64,000 bases of DNA from Eledone cirrhosa (taxonomy: Eukaryota): assembly GCA_964016885.1 (NCBI GenBank), contig OZ024741.1, forward strand, positions 116,312,001 to 116,376,000. The letters run 5' to 3'. The notes under the pieces were generated by a model. It searched no databases, was not told the origin of the DNA, and saw nothing but the letters and a program-made list of their open reading frames with translations. This document shows positions 1 through 12,568 of the stretch, in pieces (position 1 is the stretch's first letter; each line of letters begins with the position of its first letter). The translations under genes were made by a program, and so were the position numbers.

Positions 1-286
1 TGTTGGTGCTGGTGTTAGTGATGTTGCCGGTCGTGGTAATGATGGTGTTGGTGATAATGGTGGCAGAGCATTTGTCATCGTTGGCGTGATGGTGCTAGTA
101 GTACTAGAGGTGATGGTGGTGGTGGTGGTGGTGCTGCTGCTGCTGGTGCTGGTAGCTATGTGGGTAGCAATTATGGTGGTTTTGTCACAAAGCAAAAGGA
201 CGTGACGGTGGAAAAGAGGCGACGACGAGGAGAAGAAGAAGAACAACAACAACAAGGATGAAAACCAACAAACCTTGAATACATTA

Positions 287-476
287 CGAAGGTCGGCTGA
301 AAAGTTCATAGGCTGACTAACATACTCTTATGGAATGACCAAGTTATGTTTATTTTTCAAGATAGTCCCAGGAAAGAAACAATGAAGTTATTAATAAGAA
401 GAGCTGAAATTAACACATGCAAGATTTCACATCATTCCTTCCTAGTCAGCCTATGAACTTTTTTTGCTGACCCTCG
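287..476. mobile_element. Mariner/Tc1-derived MITE
   Basis: TA followed by CGAAGGTCGGCTGAAAAGTTCATAGGCTGACTA, with an imperfect reverse complement at about 443-476; mariner-style TIRs. Confidence 0.7.
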
Positions 477-818
477 AAAACATAAGTGTGACTATTTTAA
501 AGTTTATATTTAAAACACGACTTATTTTTTGGTAACAGCTCTCACTCCAGTCCGTGGTTATACGGTGGTGGAATATGAAAATTAATTTTTTTAAATGAGT
601 AACTTCTGACTTTTTTTACTACAGAAAATACTCATAACAGCGTATAAGCCCCTGGAATAGAAAAAATGGGCATTAACGCACACTAGTGCTCATCTTTCCG
701 TTTTAGGGCCTTAAACGCTGTTATTGTTTCTATAGTAAAAAGTGAGCGAAGTTACTAATTCAATTCAATTTTCCTACATCTATATTCTTATAGTTCTTTA
801 TTGAATATTTCAATCTAT

Positions 819-1228
819 AATAATTGTTTCTACTTTTGGCACAAGGCCAGCAATTATCCAGTACATTACTGGTACTTTATTTTATCGACCCCGTAAGGAT
901 GAAAGGCAAAGTTAACCTCGGCGGGATTTGAACTCAGAATAGCAAGGGCCGTAACTCTATGCGTCAAAGCATGGATCCGACCCTCTACCGATACTGCCAA
1001 TATCTATAATAATGGTTTCTGATTTAGGAACAAGGCCAACACTTTGGGAGGAGGGAAAAGTCGATTAAATCGACCTCGACACATTACTAATATTTTATTT
1101 TATCGACTTCGTAAGAATGAAAGGCAAAGCTAACCTCGGCGAGATTTGAACTTAGAACGTAAAGGACCATAACTCTGTGTTGCAAAGCAAAATGTCCGAC
1201 GCTCTACTGATACTACCAATCCACTGAC
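819..1228 (-). mobile_element. Two tandem tRNA-derived SINE copies
   Basis: The minus strand shows an A-box-like TGGCAGTATCGG, a B-box GTTCAAATCCC, a central GCCTTTCATCCTTACGGGGTCGATAAAATAAAGTACCAG and a GGCCTTGTGCCAAAAGTAGAAACAATTAT tail. The same family recurs many times in the window. Confidence 0.85.
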
Positions 1229-1749
1229 CTTTCAATCAATAATAAATACGAACTTAGAGTCGGGACTGATCGTACCTTGAGCTGATCGATTGCGGAACGT
1301 GTATCACAAGTGACTAAAATATGTATTTGATGTTAAATTGATATTTTGTTCCCGTTTACATATTGAAACTTTACTTGTTACGGGTACAATAACTGGTGAT
1401 GACACAAACAACGGATTCTGTTGAGTGCTCTAACTGGTGAACTACCAGTAACTGAACGTTATACACAAAACAACTATATATATATATGTGTGTGTGTGTG
1501 TGTATAATATAGTAAAGAATCAGGGCCCGACAGCTGAGCCATTGCCGTTTCGCCAATAAATTCTTGACAGGAAATTGTTGTTGAAATGGCAAGAGCTCAC
1601 CCGCCAGGTTCTGACACTCTACTATATTTATAGTCTACTAGCCCAAGTATTGAGTACTCTGCTGAATAATGGTCTTACTAGTTTAAAACTGGTACAATCC
1701 TGATATATATGTAGCAGTAATTTGAACTCTTGGCAAAGTAGGTCAGCGT

Positions 1750-2362
1750 GACTCAGAACGTAAAGAGTCATAACTCTGTGCTGCAAAGCATGGTGTCTGA
1801 CACTCTACCGATACTGCCAATCCACCTAGTAATAATTGTTTCTACCTTTTGGCACAAGGCCAGTAATTATCCCAGTGCATTACTGGTACTTTATTTTATC
1901 GACCCCCGTAAGGATGAAAGGCAAAGTTAACCTCGGCGGGATTTGAACTCAGATGATAAAGGGAGGTAACTCTATGCTTCAAAGCATGGCGTCTGACGCT
2001 CTATCGATACTGCCAATCCACTGCCCTCTAGTAATAATTGTTTCTACTTTTGGCACAAGGCCAGCAATTACCGAATACATTACTGGTACTTTATTTTATC
2101 GACTCCGTAAGGATAAAAGGCAAAGTTAACCTCAACGGGATTTGAACTCAGACCGTAAAGGGACGTAACTTATCTGGAAAGCAAGGCGTCCGACCCTCTA
2201 CCGATTACGGTCTGAGTTCAAATCCCGTCGAGGTTAACTTTGCCTTTTATCCTTACGGGGTCGATAAAATTAAGTACCAGTAATGTACTGGATAATTGCT
2301 GGCCTTGTGCCAAAAGTAGAAACAATTATTACTAGAGGGCAGTGGATTGGCAGTATCGATAG
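1750..2362. mobile_element. SINE cluster: head-to-tail minus-strand copies plus an inverted plus-strand copy
   Basis: Same SINE motifs; 2206-2362 is the reverse complement of 2000-2157. Confidence 0.85.
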
Positions 2363-3013
2363 ATAATGAATGTATATTGGGGAGTTACTGGACTATACCA
2401 TACATGCTATTTGTTATGTATTATGCATTTTGAATCATTTCATAGGTGTTTCTAATTAATGAAGCATCATTTGTCCATATTTAAATTTAGTTTCTTATTT
2501 TGTCTTAAATTTTCAACGATTTCAACAATTTGTTGGATATAGGGTGAATTTCACTAATCCATCAAACTTAGGACCAAACAATTGCCAAAGTAGTGGATTT
2601 TCCCAACCCACAACCCAGGAAGTCTGGCATAAAAAAAATGGCGAAATAATGGTTTCTGATTTAGGCACAAGGCCAAAAATGTTAGGGAAGGGGAAAGTCA
2701 ATTAAATCGACCCCAGTGTGTTACTGGAACTTTATTTTATCGACCCATGAGGATGAAAGGCAAAATGCATATAATTTACTCTATTACTGTGCTACTGATA
2801 TTGATTCAACTTAAATAGTTCAAGCTTACAACAGTCTTACAAACTAATAACCACCAGATTCAAATCTGAATCATGGAAGCTGCCATACTACTGAATGCCA
2901 AATTAGTGAGGTTCGACCTGTATTTTGAAAACAATTTGTTTAGAGAAATGAGATTAAATGTTTTTTTCCAAAAGTTGAATTTATTCTTAGTCTCTGTAGC
3001 CTCCAAATTTTTT

Positions 3014-3059
<46 letters not shown>

Positions 3060-5394
3060 TTAACGTCTATTTTCCATGCGTTGTTCTATTAGAGGCCAGT
3101 TGAGTCGGGTGACTGTATCTTGCTCATATAGGACTGTTTCTGGCTAAATTTCTATGGCTAGATGCCCTTCCTAACACTAACCACATTTACAGTGTGTGCT
3201 GGGTGTTTTTTGCCATGTCTCCTACATGACCACTTTACAGTGTTGGCTGGGTGTTTTTTGTCATGACACCTACTCAACCACTTTACAGTGTGGGCTTGGT
3301 GCTTTTTGTCATGACACCTACACTACCACTTTACAGTGTGGGCTGGATGTTTTTGTGATACCAACATAACTTTACAGAGTATGGGTGGTGTGAGCAGAAG
3401 AGTGTTGGTGAATTTGATAGCCAAAAAATTCATTACCATATCAGGCTTTTAACTTATATTTTTTTAATTAGACAAAATATTGAAAACATCTGCAGCAGAA
3501 GTTTCCTTTTTCTCAAGTTCATAAAAAGTAATTTGACTCTCTCCATTACATTCTGCAATAACAACAAATAAATTACAATAAATTGTGGTATATCTGTAGA
3601 ATCTTCTTCAATTGTAATAATTGCTTAGAGCAATACTGGTTTGTTTGCTCAAGTAATTGTGGATATCATGCAGTATGGTTGAATAGTTAAGAAGTTTGCT
3701 GAGCAATCATTAGGTCGCGAATTCAATCTTACTGCATGGAATCTTGGGCAAGTGTTATTTACCATAACCTCAAGTCAAGCCTGAAATTGGATAAACAGAA
3801 ACTGATGGACAGTACATGTAATTCAAAGAGCCAGCTTTGATATGCATTGCATAATATTGAATCTCCCTGAGAATTAGGTTAAAGGGGCACATCTCTGAAG
3901 AAGGCACATTACTATCATAGGCCAGCTTTAACAGACATGTACTGCATCATGTTGAATCTCCCTGAGAATTTGGTTAAAGGGGTACATCTCTGCAGAAAGC
4001 TAAACCATTTGCACATTACTATCACAGGCCATCTTTGACATACATGTACTGCATCATGCTGAATCTCCCTGAGAATTAAGGTTAAAAGGACACATGTCTG
4101 CAGAAAGCACATTACTTTCATCATTAGACTGCTTTGTAGATCAAAGGATTTTAGATAAAAATGATCTCTTTATAACAAACAGTTTTGTATCAGAACACCA
4201 GGGACAGTTTTAGGCAGCTTGGTAACAAAAGCATTAGATATCTATTTTGGAGATTCGTCTGAAGTAGATGCCAACCTCACCTCATCCATTCCCATCAACA
4301 TTTTGGCTGATTGATTGATTGACCAATGCCCTATTGATTTCTATGTAGACCAAAGTCAATCAAAGATGCCTGTATTTGCCAGCCAATATCAATAATTTTT
4401 ATGTACATTTTTCATGACATTTTCTGGCAAGATCACAAAAAGCCATGATAAAAATGCTTCTAATTTCCAAGAAAATTCTGTATTGCTTCACGTATAAGGT
4501 TTATATATTTCCGTAATGGTGGAGTTTTATATCCGGAATTTCAGTCAGAAGGAATTATCACTGCAGCTTTGATGATAACATTCCAGTGGTTCATCGTCCT
4601 ATTTCTCTTTAGTGAAGTGAGTTTCAATCCCACATTTATATCTCACACACATACACACACACATACATACACACACATACACACACACACATACACATGC
4701 GTACATACACGCATACATTCACACATACACACAGACACATACACACATACATATACACACATATACACATACACACAAACATACACATACATACACACAC
4801 AAACACACACATGTGTGTGTTAGACTTCTGTTGATTCCAGTAATGAGAATTCCAATTGTTTGATCAACAGAACATGAAATTAACGTGTAAGTGGCTGAGC
4901 ATCCCACAAACACATGTACTGTATTACGTTTCCATGACAGTCCAAGATGCAAGGGAACGGACAAAAAATTGTTTTTGTTGGGGCTCTCTTCAGGAACAGG
5001 CAACCACAACAAAAACAATTTTTGTCCGTTCCCTTGCATCTTGGACTGTCTTGGAAACGTAACCTTTTACTCAATGTTACTGTCTGATGAGATCACAGTA
5101 ATGGTTACATAATTAAGTGACCATGATCATCATTGAAATATATATCACAGCTATATTAATAAAGGACTCTTTAACATCTACAACTTCGCATTTTCCTCAT
5201 TCTATATATATATCTATATAATTTAAATGTTATAGATGTGTTGCTAGTTCATTTGTGGGGTCATCAATGAAAGATATTATGTTGCGAGGGAGGTGGGTGT
5301 GTTAAATAAAGACTGGACACAACATATCAAGAATAAACACAATATATTAAAATAGATGAAGAGCAACAAAATTGTATTGATTTAGTTTCAAAAA

Positions 5395-6010
5395 TGATTG
5401 TTTCTACTTTTGACACAAGGCCTTTACTGGTGCTTTATTTTATCGACCCCATAAGGATGAAAGGCAAAGTTAACCTCAGCGGGATTTGAACTCAGACCGC
5501 AAAAGGCCATAACTCTATGCTGCAAAGTATAGTGTCTGACGCTCTACCAATACTGCCAATCCACCGCCATAGCTTCAAAAATAATGACCAGTAATTTGAA
5601 GGATAGGGAAGTCAATTATATCAACTCCAGTACTTATCTGGTACTTTATATTATCAACCCAGTAAGGATGAAAGATAAATTAACCTCAACAAGATTTGAA
5701 CTCAGAATATAAAAAGTCATAACTAAATACTGTGAAGTATTTTGTCCAACCTTCTACCCTTACTACCAATCTACCATCCTAACGTAAAAAATAATAATGG
5801 TTTCTGATTTAGTGACAGGACCAACAATTTTAGAGGAGGTGGAAAGTCGATTAAATTACCCCAGTGCATTACTGGTACTTTATTTTATCAACCCTGTAAG
5901 GATGAAAGGCAAAACTAACCCCAGCAGGATTTGACCTCAACGCGTAAAGGGACGTAACTCTATGCCGCAAAGCAGTTCGACGCTCTACCGATTCTGCCAA
6001 TCCATTGCAG
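5395..6010 (-). mobile_element. Three tandem tRNA-SINE copies
   Basis: Repeated ACTGGTACTTTATTTTATCGACCCC...GGATTTGAACTCAG...TGCCAATCC blocks. Confidence 0.8.
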
Positions 6011-6655
6011 CTCAAGTAAACAGTTGAATTCATAGGAGTAAATGATCTACAGTTGTGGATTGTTATGTTGGAGTATCATCTATATAATACTAAAACTCTG
6101 TGATTGCTTGCTTGCTTGTCTGTAATGTAATACAGCCAAAAGGGCACATAATGGGAAAATACTTTGAAAGGAAGTTGCCCCTGAAATGGGAATACAAATG
6201 GAATAAGTTTCGCGTAAATTGGACCACGAGTTCCCAAGATATGGGGGTTTTCTGGGTACCTTAATCAACAGAGAGAGAGGAAGAGATAGCGGTTGTGACA
6301 GAGTAGTTTGAAAGAGAGACATAGAAAGAGGGAGAGGAGACAGAGAAGGAGAATGGTGTTGTTGTGTATATATATATGTGAGTGTGTGTGTATATATATA
6401 TATATATGTGTGTCTATGACCAGTGCATATAGATCACAGACACCCACATATATATACACACACACATACATATATATATATATACACACACACACATTTA
6501 TATATGTATATACATACACATACATATATATATGGGCCTTCCAGTTTCATTTCACATTATATACATGTTTTTAAAAATTATTTTAAAGTGAACATGATTT
6601 TTAAAAAAAATATTTTGAAGTGAATGTGACCCAACAGGTCACGGATGGTCTAGTG

Positions 6656-6966
6656 CAGTGCTACTCAAAGTGGTGGTCCGCGGACCGGTGCCGGTACGCG
6701 AGCCATCAGCTACCGGTACGCGGCCAGTGTCCAGGCCATGCTAAGGAATCATTTGAGGAATTTTTTTTATTACTTTTTTATATGTTTTGATATTGTATTA
6801 TTTGTTTACAAAATAAATAAAAGATAAAAAATGGTCAACTATTATTATATTCATTATATATATCGTTTCCGGTATAAATTAATATTACTACGAAATATTA
6901 GCGGTACGTGGCACATTGAGAAAAAAAAATGCCGGTCCGCCACATCAGATAGTTTGAGAGACACTG
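6656..6966. mobile_element. hAT (Charlie-like) non-autonomous element
   Basis: Ends CAGTGCTACTCAAA...TTTGAGAGACACTG, with an exact 8-bp TSD GTCTAGTG at 6648-6655 and 6967-6974. Confidence 0.9.
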
Positions 6967-7279
6967 GTCTAGTGGATATATAAATATGTGAGCTATGCAG
7001 AAAGTTAATATCAAAAGCTGTATATTGGTGTATTATTTTACAGATATGCCTATAGCGGATTCTCTTTTATTGCAAATATTTAAGGACACATTCCTTCTTC
7101 CCTCTCATTAATTTTAGTCGCCCTGTAAAGGGTCAATGGGCACTGCCCTTCTCTCCCTGATTAAACAGTAAAAATATACATAATATTCTACTTTCTGCTC
7201 TGATCACTTTCTGTAAACTGAGTTCTCCAAAACTGCGGGTATTTTCAGCCTTAGCTAAGCCATAAAAATCCCTATGATC

Positions 7280-7800
7280 TCTAACACTTTTGAGACCAAA
7301 CCACATGAAATTGCCCTTGGTTCTATGATAGAAAGCTATTTATTTTAAAGAGTTAGTATTGATTTAAAAACCTCCCATCATAATTCTATGTAAGAACCTT
7401 TGTTAAGTTACATTTCAAACACCAACTTAATAATGAGGAAATTATATTACTAAATCTCTCCAAATTCTTGAATATTTTCGAAATTATTTAAAAATCTTAG
7501 GCAGCGTCTTTCATTAAAACTATAGTAATGAAAGGACTAACCATTTTGACACCAAACCACCTGAAACCACTTCTGATTCTGTGATACAAAGCTGTTTATT
7601 TTAAAGTATTTATATTTATCTAAAAAATTTTAATCATAATTCTATATATGAATCATTGTTAAGTTATGTTCAAAACACCATCTTAATAATGAGAAAATCA
7701 TATTACTAAATCCATCTAAATTCTTGGTTATTTTCAAAATTTTTTGAAAAGTCATAGACAGCATCTTTCATTAGAAATATGGTCAGGAGAGGGCTAAACT
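7280..7800. mobile_element. Two tandem ~260-bp copies of a TTAA-flanked MITE family
   Basis: Repeated ACCAAACCAC..GAAA..TTCTATGATA..TTAATAATGAG blocks. The same family occurs near 22735-23135, 24073-24310, 40060-40300, 56320-56545 and elsewhere. Confidence 0.65.
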
Positions 7801-7989
7801 GTAATCCCTCATGTGTCAATAGATCGCTAATGTTGTCTTTATCAACCATTTACCATCTAGGGGTGGATACAGCATGAGGTTTGTTTCATAATCATTAGAT
7901 CCCAGGTTCAATCACACTGTGTGGCATCTTGGACAAGTGTCATTTACCATAGCCATGAATCATCTTATACCTTATGACTGAAATAGGAT

Positions 7990-8545
7990 AGGTGCTGGTG
8001 ATGTTAATGGTAGTGCTGAAGATGTTGGTAGTGGCATTAATATTAATGGTGGTGGTAGTGGTGGTTAATAGTGGTGGTGGTGGTGGTGTTGGTAGTGGTA
8101 GTGGTGTTGCTCTTGGTGTTGGTAGTGGTATTGGTGTTAATGATGGTGCTGGTGTAGTTAATGGTGGTGGTGGTGATTTTAGTGATGGTGCTGGTGGTGT
8201 TAATGGTAGTGATCGTGTTGTTAATGATGATGGTGGTAGTAATGTTGGTAGTGATATTGGGGTTAATGGTGGTGCTGGTGGTGTAGGTAGTGGTATTGAT
8301 GTTAATAGTGGTGGTAGTGTTAATGGTGGTGGTAGTGTTAATGGTGGTGCTGGTATTGTTAATGGTGATAGTGGTGGTGTTAATGGGGGTGGTGCTGGTA
8401 TTGTTAATGGTGGTGCTGGTGGTGTAGGTAGTGGTATTGGTGTTAATGGTGGTGGTAGTGGTATTGGTGTTAATGGTGGTGGTAGTGTTAATGGTAGTGG
8501 TGGTGGTGGTGGTGGTGGTGGTGGTGGTGGTGGTAGTGTTACTAC
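7990..8545. repeat. (GGT)n-derived low-complexity repeat
   Basis: Degenerate GGT/TAATGGTGGT arrays; they produce the spurious Gly- and Pro-rich ORFs. Confidence 0.9.
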
Positions 8546-8747
8546 AGCCCTCACTCTAATAACACAGTACCAGGTTGACTCACTTTCTGATTAGCCAGTA
8601 TTTTCATCAAGACACTTACTTGACAATTAGTTTTTGTTAAGGTTTTTTTTTTGCTTCTTGCGTATGCACTTAACTTTTACATACATGTGTATATATATAT
8701 ATATATACACACACATATATGTATATATATATATACACACATATATG

Positions 8748-8834
<87 letters not shown>

Positions 8835-9696
8835 AAGTATGTGTGTGTGTATGCATGTGTGTATGTGTTTGTGAGACAGTCATTGACTCTCTCTCTCTCC
8901 TTCTCTCTCTGTTACTCTTTTTCTATGCTCTTATCACTCTTTACACCCCACCCCCGGAGTAAAGCAAAAAAATCACACACACAAATGCAGGCACATACAC
9001 ACACACACGTATACATAGATACATACATACAGACAGACAGATAGACAGATAAATACACACACAAATACATAATACGTACATGTATAATGTGTATACACTC
9101 ACACAAGAAAGCAGACAAGAACACCCATTTGATTAAATGATGTGAAGAGGGAAGGGTCCCTCTCTCTCTCTCCCTCTCTCTTGCCTCAGTAACAAAAACA
9201 GTCGTCCAGTGGTGACAGCGGTCACTTAAAACACAAGTGTTGCAAAGTTTTACTACTACCAACTTCAGTTGGAGACAAAAAAACTGAGAGCTTTTATTTT
9301 TACTTTGTGTTCCTACCTTAGGTAAAAGTTTGCTCTCTGCTGAAATAATAACCCGTTTCAACCGAGTTTGTTCCAAGTTGGGTTATCATTTGCTCAACAT
9401 TCAACCCCCTTATCTTTGTATACAGCCTGTATTATTTACTGCTTCAGCCAGAGACACAATACTGAAAGCTTTTATTTTTATTTTTACTTTAATTTCATGT
9501 TCCGACCATGAAGTAAAATCCTACTTGCTGAAATAATAACCTGTTTCAACTGAATTTGTTCCGGTTGGGTTCTCATCTATTCAACAAAGAGTCACCCTTT
9601 ATCTTTGTGTACAGCTTCTATTCAATTATTTGTCATCCAAAGTCCTCCCTTCCTGACAGACAGGACATTCAACAAGCTTCTGAATGTCTGGCAGTG

Positions 9697-10140
9697 AGTT
9701 CACCAGTTCACCAGTTCCTCAGTTTCCCAGATCACCAGTTCACCAGATCACCAGGTCATCAAATCACCAGTTTACCAGATCACCAATTCCCCACCTCACC
9801 AGTTCACCAGATCACCAGATCACCAGATCACCAGTTCACCAATTCACCAGATCCCTGTTCACCAGATCAATTCACCAGTTCACCAGATCACCAGTTCACC
9901 AATTCACCAGATCACCTGTTCACCAGTTCTCCGCCTTACCAGTTCCCCACCTCACCAGTTCACCAGTTCACCAGATCACCAGTTCACCAGTTCACCAGAT
10001 CACCAGTTCACCAGATCACCAGTTCACCAATTCACCAGATCACCTGTTCACCAGTTCCCCACTTCACCAGTTTGCCACCTCACCAGTTCCCCACCTCACC
10101 AGTTCCCCACCTCACCAGTTCCCCACCTCACCAGTTCACT
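9697..10140. repeat. Minisatellite of TTCACCAG/ATCACCAG units
   Basis: Degenerate 8-bp unit array with interspersed CCCCACCTCACCAG variants. Confidence 0.9.
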
Positions 10141-10579
10141 AGCTGCTAAACAAAAGAGACATTAAGCAGTTTTTTTCAAAAGGTGACGTTATCATTGTTC
10201 AGTATTGTTGGCAGGGTCTATCAGTTACAAATATGTGTAATCTACCAGTTAATGCAGTTTAACCACCATGTGTCAAATCTACCTGTTACTATGGATTAAC
10301 TAATGTGTATAGTCTACCAGTTACCATGGAATAACCAACATATGTAATCTACAACAACAACAGCCACAATAATAGTCACAGCAACATCAGGCACAACTAC
10401 AACAGTCAGAACAACAACAGCCACAACAGCAACAACAGCCACAATAACAATAACTATGGTGGCAATAATTGGAGTAATTGATTTCTCATGAAACCCCATC
10501 TAGAGTTGATTGAATGAGGTGAGCCTGTGTGGCGTGCATGACCTTCTCAAGAACTTTAGAGATACAAGTGGGAAGGAAA

Positions 10580-10743
10580 ATGGCTACAATGGGGAACCCC
10601 AAACGGGTTACAAACTCAGTCTGCAAAGACCTTACATCTACTGTACAGTATTCCCTACAGCAACACCAACAACAACTAAAACTACTTTCACATCGAACTG
10701 AACAGCAGAAATATAAGCACAAGATACCACTAAGAGTGAAGAC

Positions 10744-10790
<47 letters not shown>

Positions 10791-11218
10791 ACACACAGCA
10801 GCAACTCAAACAATTGCAGTCACAGCAACAACAACCCCTGCAGCAAAAACAACAACAGCTTCGACAACAGCAAAAACCACAACTAAAACAACAACAACAA
10901 CAGCAGCAGCAAGAGAAACAACAAAGTCACCAAAAAGCACAACAACAGCAGCAGCTTCAGCAACAACAACAGCAGTCGCAGCAAAAATTAAAACGCCAGC
11001 ACTCCCAGCTTCACTTATTGCAACAGATTAAAGGAAAACTTCAATATAAACAAAAGCAGTTGCAACTGGAGACAGGACTGAAAAAACAACAACAACAACA
11101 GCAACAAAAAGAACAACAACACCAACAACAACAAGCACAACAGCAACAACAGCAAACACAACAACAGTTGCAGTTGCAATCTAAACAAGAAGACCAACAG
11201 CTTTGTTTAGTCAATAAC

Positions 11219-11262
<44 letters not shown>

Positions 11263-11416
11263 CAATAATAATAATAATAATAATAATCGTAATCATAATA
11301 ATTATAATTATGTAGAACAACAAAGACGAAGTTTGATTAGAAACCTGAAACATCTTCAAGCTCGGGGAAAAGAAGTTGAACAAGACAAAGAAAAACAACT
11401 ACTAAAACAACAACAT

Positions 11417-11448
<32 letters not shown>

Positions 11449-11815
11449 GCAGCAACAACAGCAGCAACAACGACAGCTACAACAACAGTCACAACAACAG
11501 CCACAACTACAACAACAACAACAACAACAACAACAAGAGCCACAACAACAAAAACAGCAACAGCAACAACTTCAAGATCCCAGAGTGTGTCCAGAGATCC
11601 CTGGGAATGATCCATTGGAGACAGCAAGAGAGGAACTGATGATGACAACAAAAGATGTTTGCAATGATGTCGGACTGCCATTACGGTACATACCGCCCAA
11701 CCATACAACAGGACATACCAATAAGACTGAGAAAAACAAGGGCTGTTTCCCAGATGACATGGAATCTCGCGAGAAAGATATCTCGCATGCACTAAAGTGG
11801 ATACAACAAGAAATT
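10580..11815 (+). CDS. Exon 1 of a FAM167/AARD-domain-like protein with polyQ/polyN N-terminus (start codon uncertain: ATG 10538 or 10580)
   Basis: An open frame of about 1.28 kb persists through CAA/CAG and AAT repeats. AAAATGG context at 10580. The frame ends DISHALKWIQQEI followed by a phase-0 donor gtaagt at 11816. Confidence 0.75.
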
Positions 11816-12097
11816 GTAAGTATATATATATCATCATCATCATCGTTTTACGTCCATTTTTCCACGTTAGCATGGGTTAGACGAGTTGTCCTGTTGTGGG
11901 CAATGCTAGGTCAGGTGATCATGTCTTGCTCATACAGGACTGGTTTTGGCTTGATTTCTAAAGCTGGATGCCCTTCCTAACACCAACCTCAATTACAGTG
12001 AGTACTTGGTGCTTTTTGTGAGGGGGGGGGGAGCATACTGTATATATGCTTCAGCTACAGTCTGTAGCCATGGGAAGTCAGGTCTTCTATATTACTG

Positions 12098-12134
<37 letters not shown>

Positions 12135-12240
12135 TTTATCCTGGGTTCAATACATTTATATATATATATTATGAAAGTAAAACAAAGAAGCCTCCAACAC
12201 GCTCCAGTATTTTAATCCTTATATATATATATATATATAC

Positions 12241-12299
<59 letters not shown>

Positions 12300-12533
12300 C
12301 ATCCAGCCATAGAAAACCAGCCAGAAACACTCCTATATGAGCGAGACACAGTCACCCAACCCGACTTGCCTCTAAATGGGATAAATCCGTCTAACCTATG
12401 CTAGCGTGGAAGATAGACGTCAATCGATGATCATGATATACTCTCTGCCTGTTACTTAAGAATTAAACTAATATATTTCTTACATGTACTGTGCTGTTTG
12501 TTCTGTGATTTTTGTTATTTCTGTTTACCTTTT

Positions 12534-12568
<35 letters not shown>

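Noticed and set aside
819-1000. tRNA genes
   Set aside because: The A/B-box heads belong to SINEs. No complete cloverleaf is visible.
7940-8594. Proline-rich and glycine-rich ~200-aa ORFs (extensin or shell-protein-like)
   Set aside because: Both strands are open only because of GGT repeats. There is no signal peptide, splice context or unique sequence.
9556-10149. SSPDHQFT-repeat ORFs
   Set aside because: The 8-bp repeat unit is not a multiple of three and is open in several frames, so this is a minisatellite.
11816-11980. C-terminal extension of the 483-aa ORF
   Set aside because: It lies past a consensus GTAAGT donor and consists of the RTE-tail repeat.
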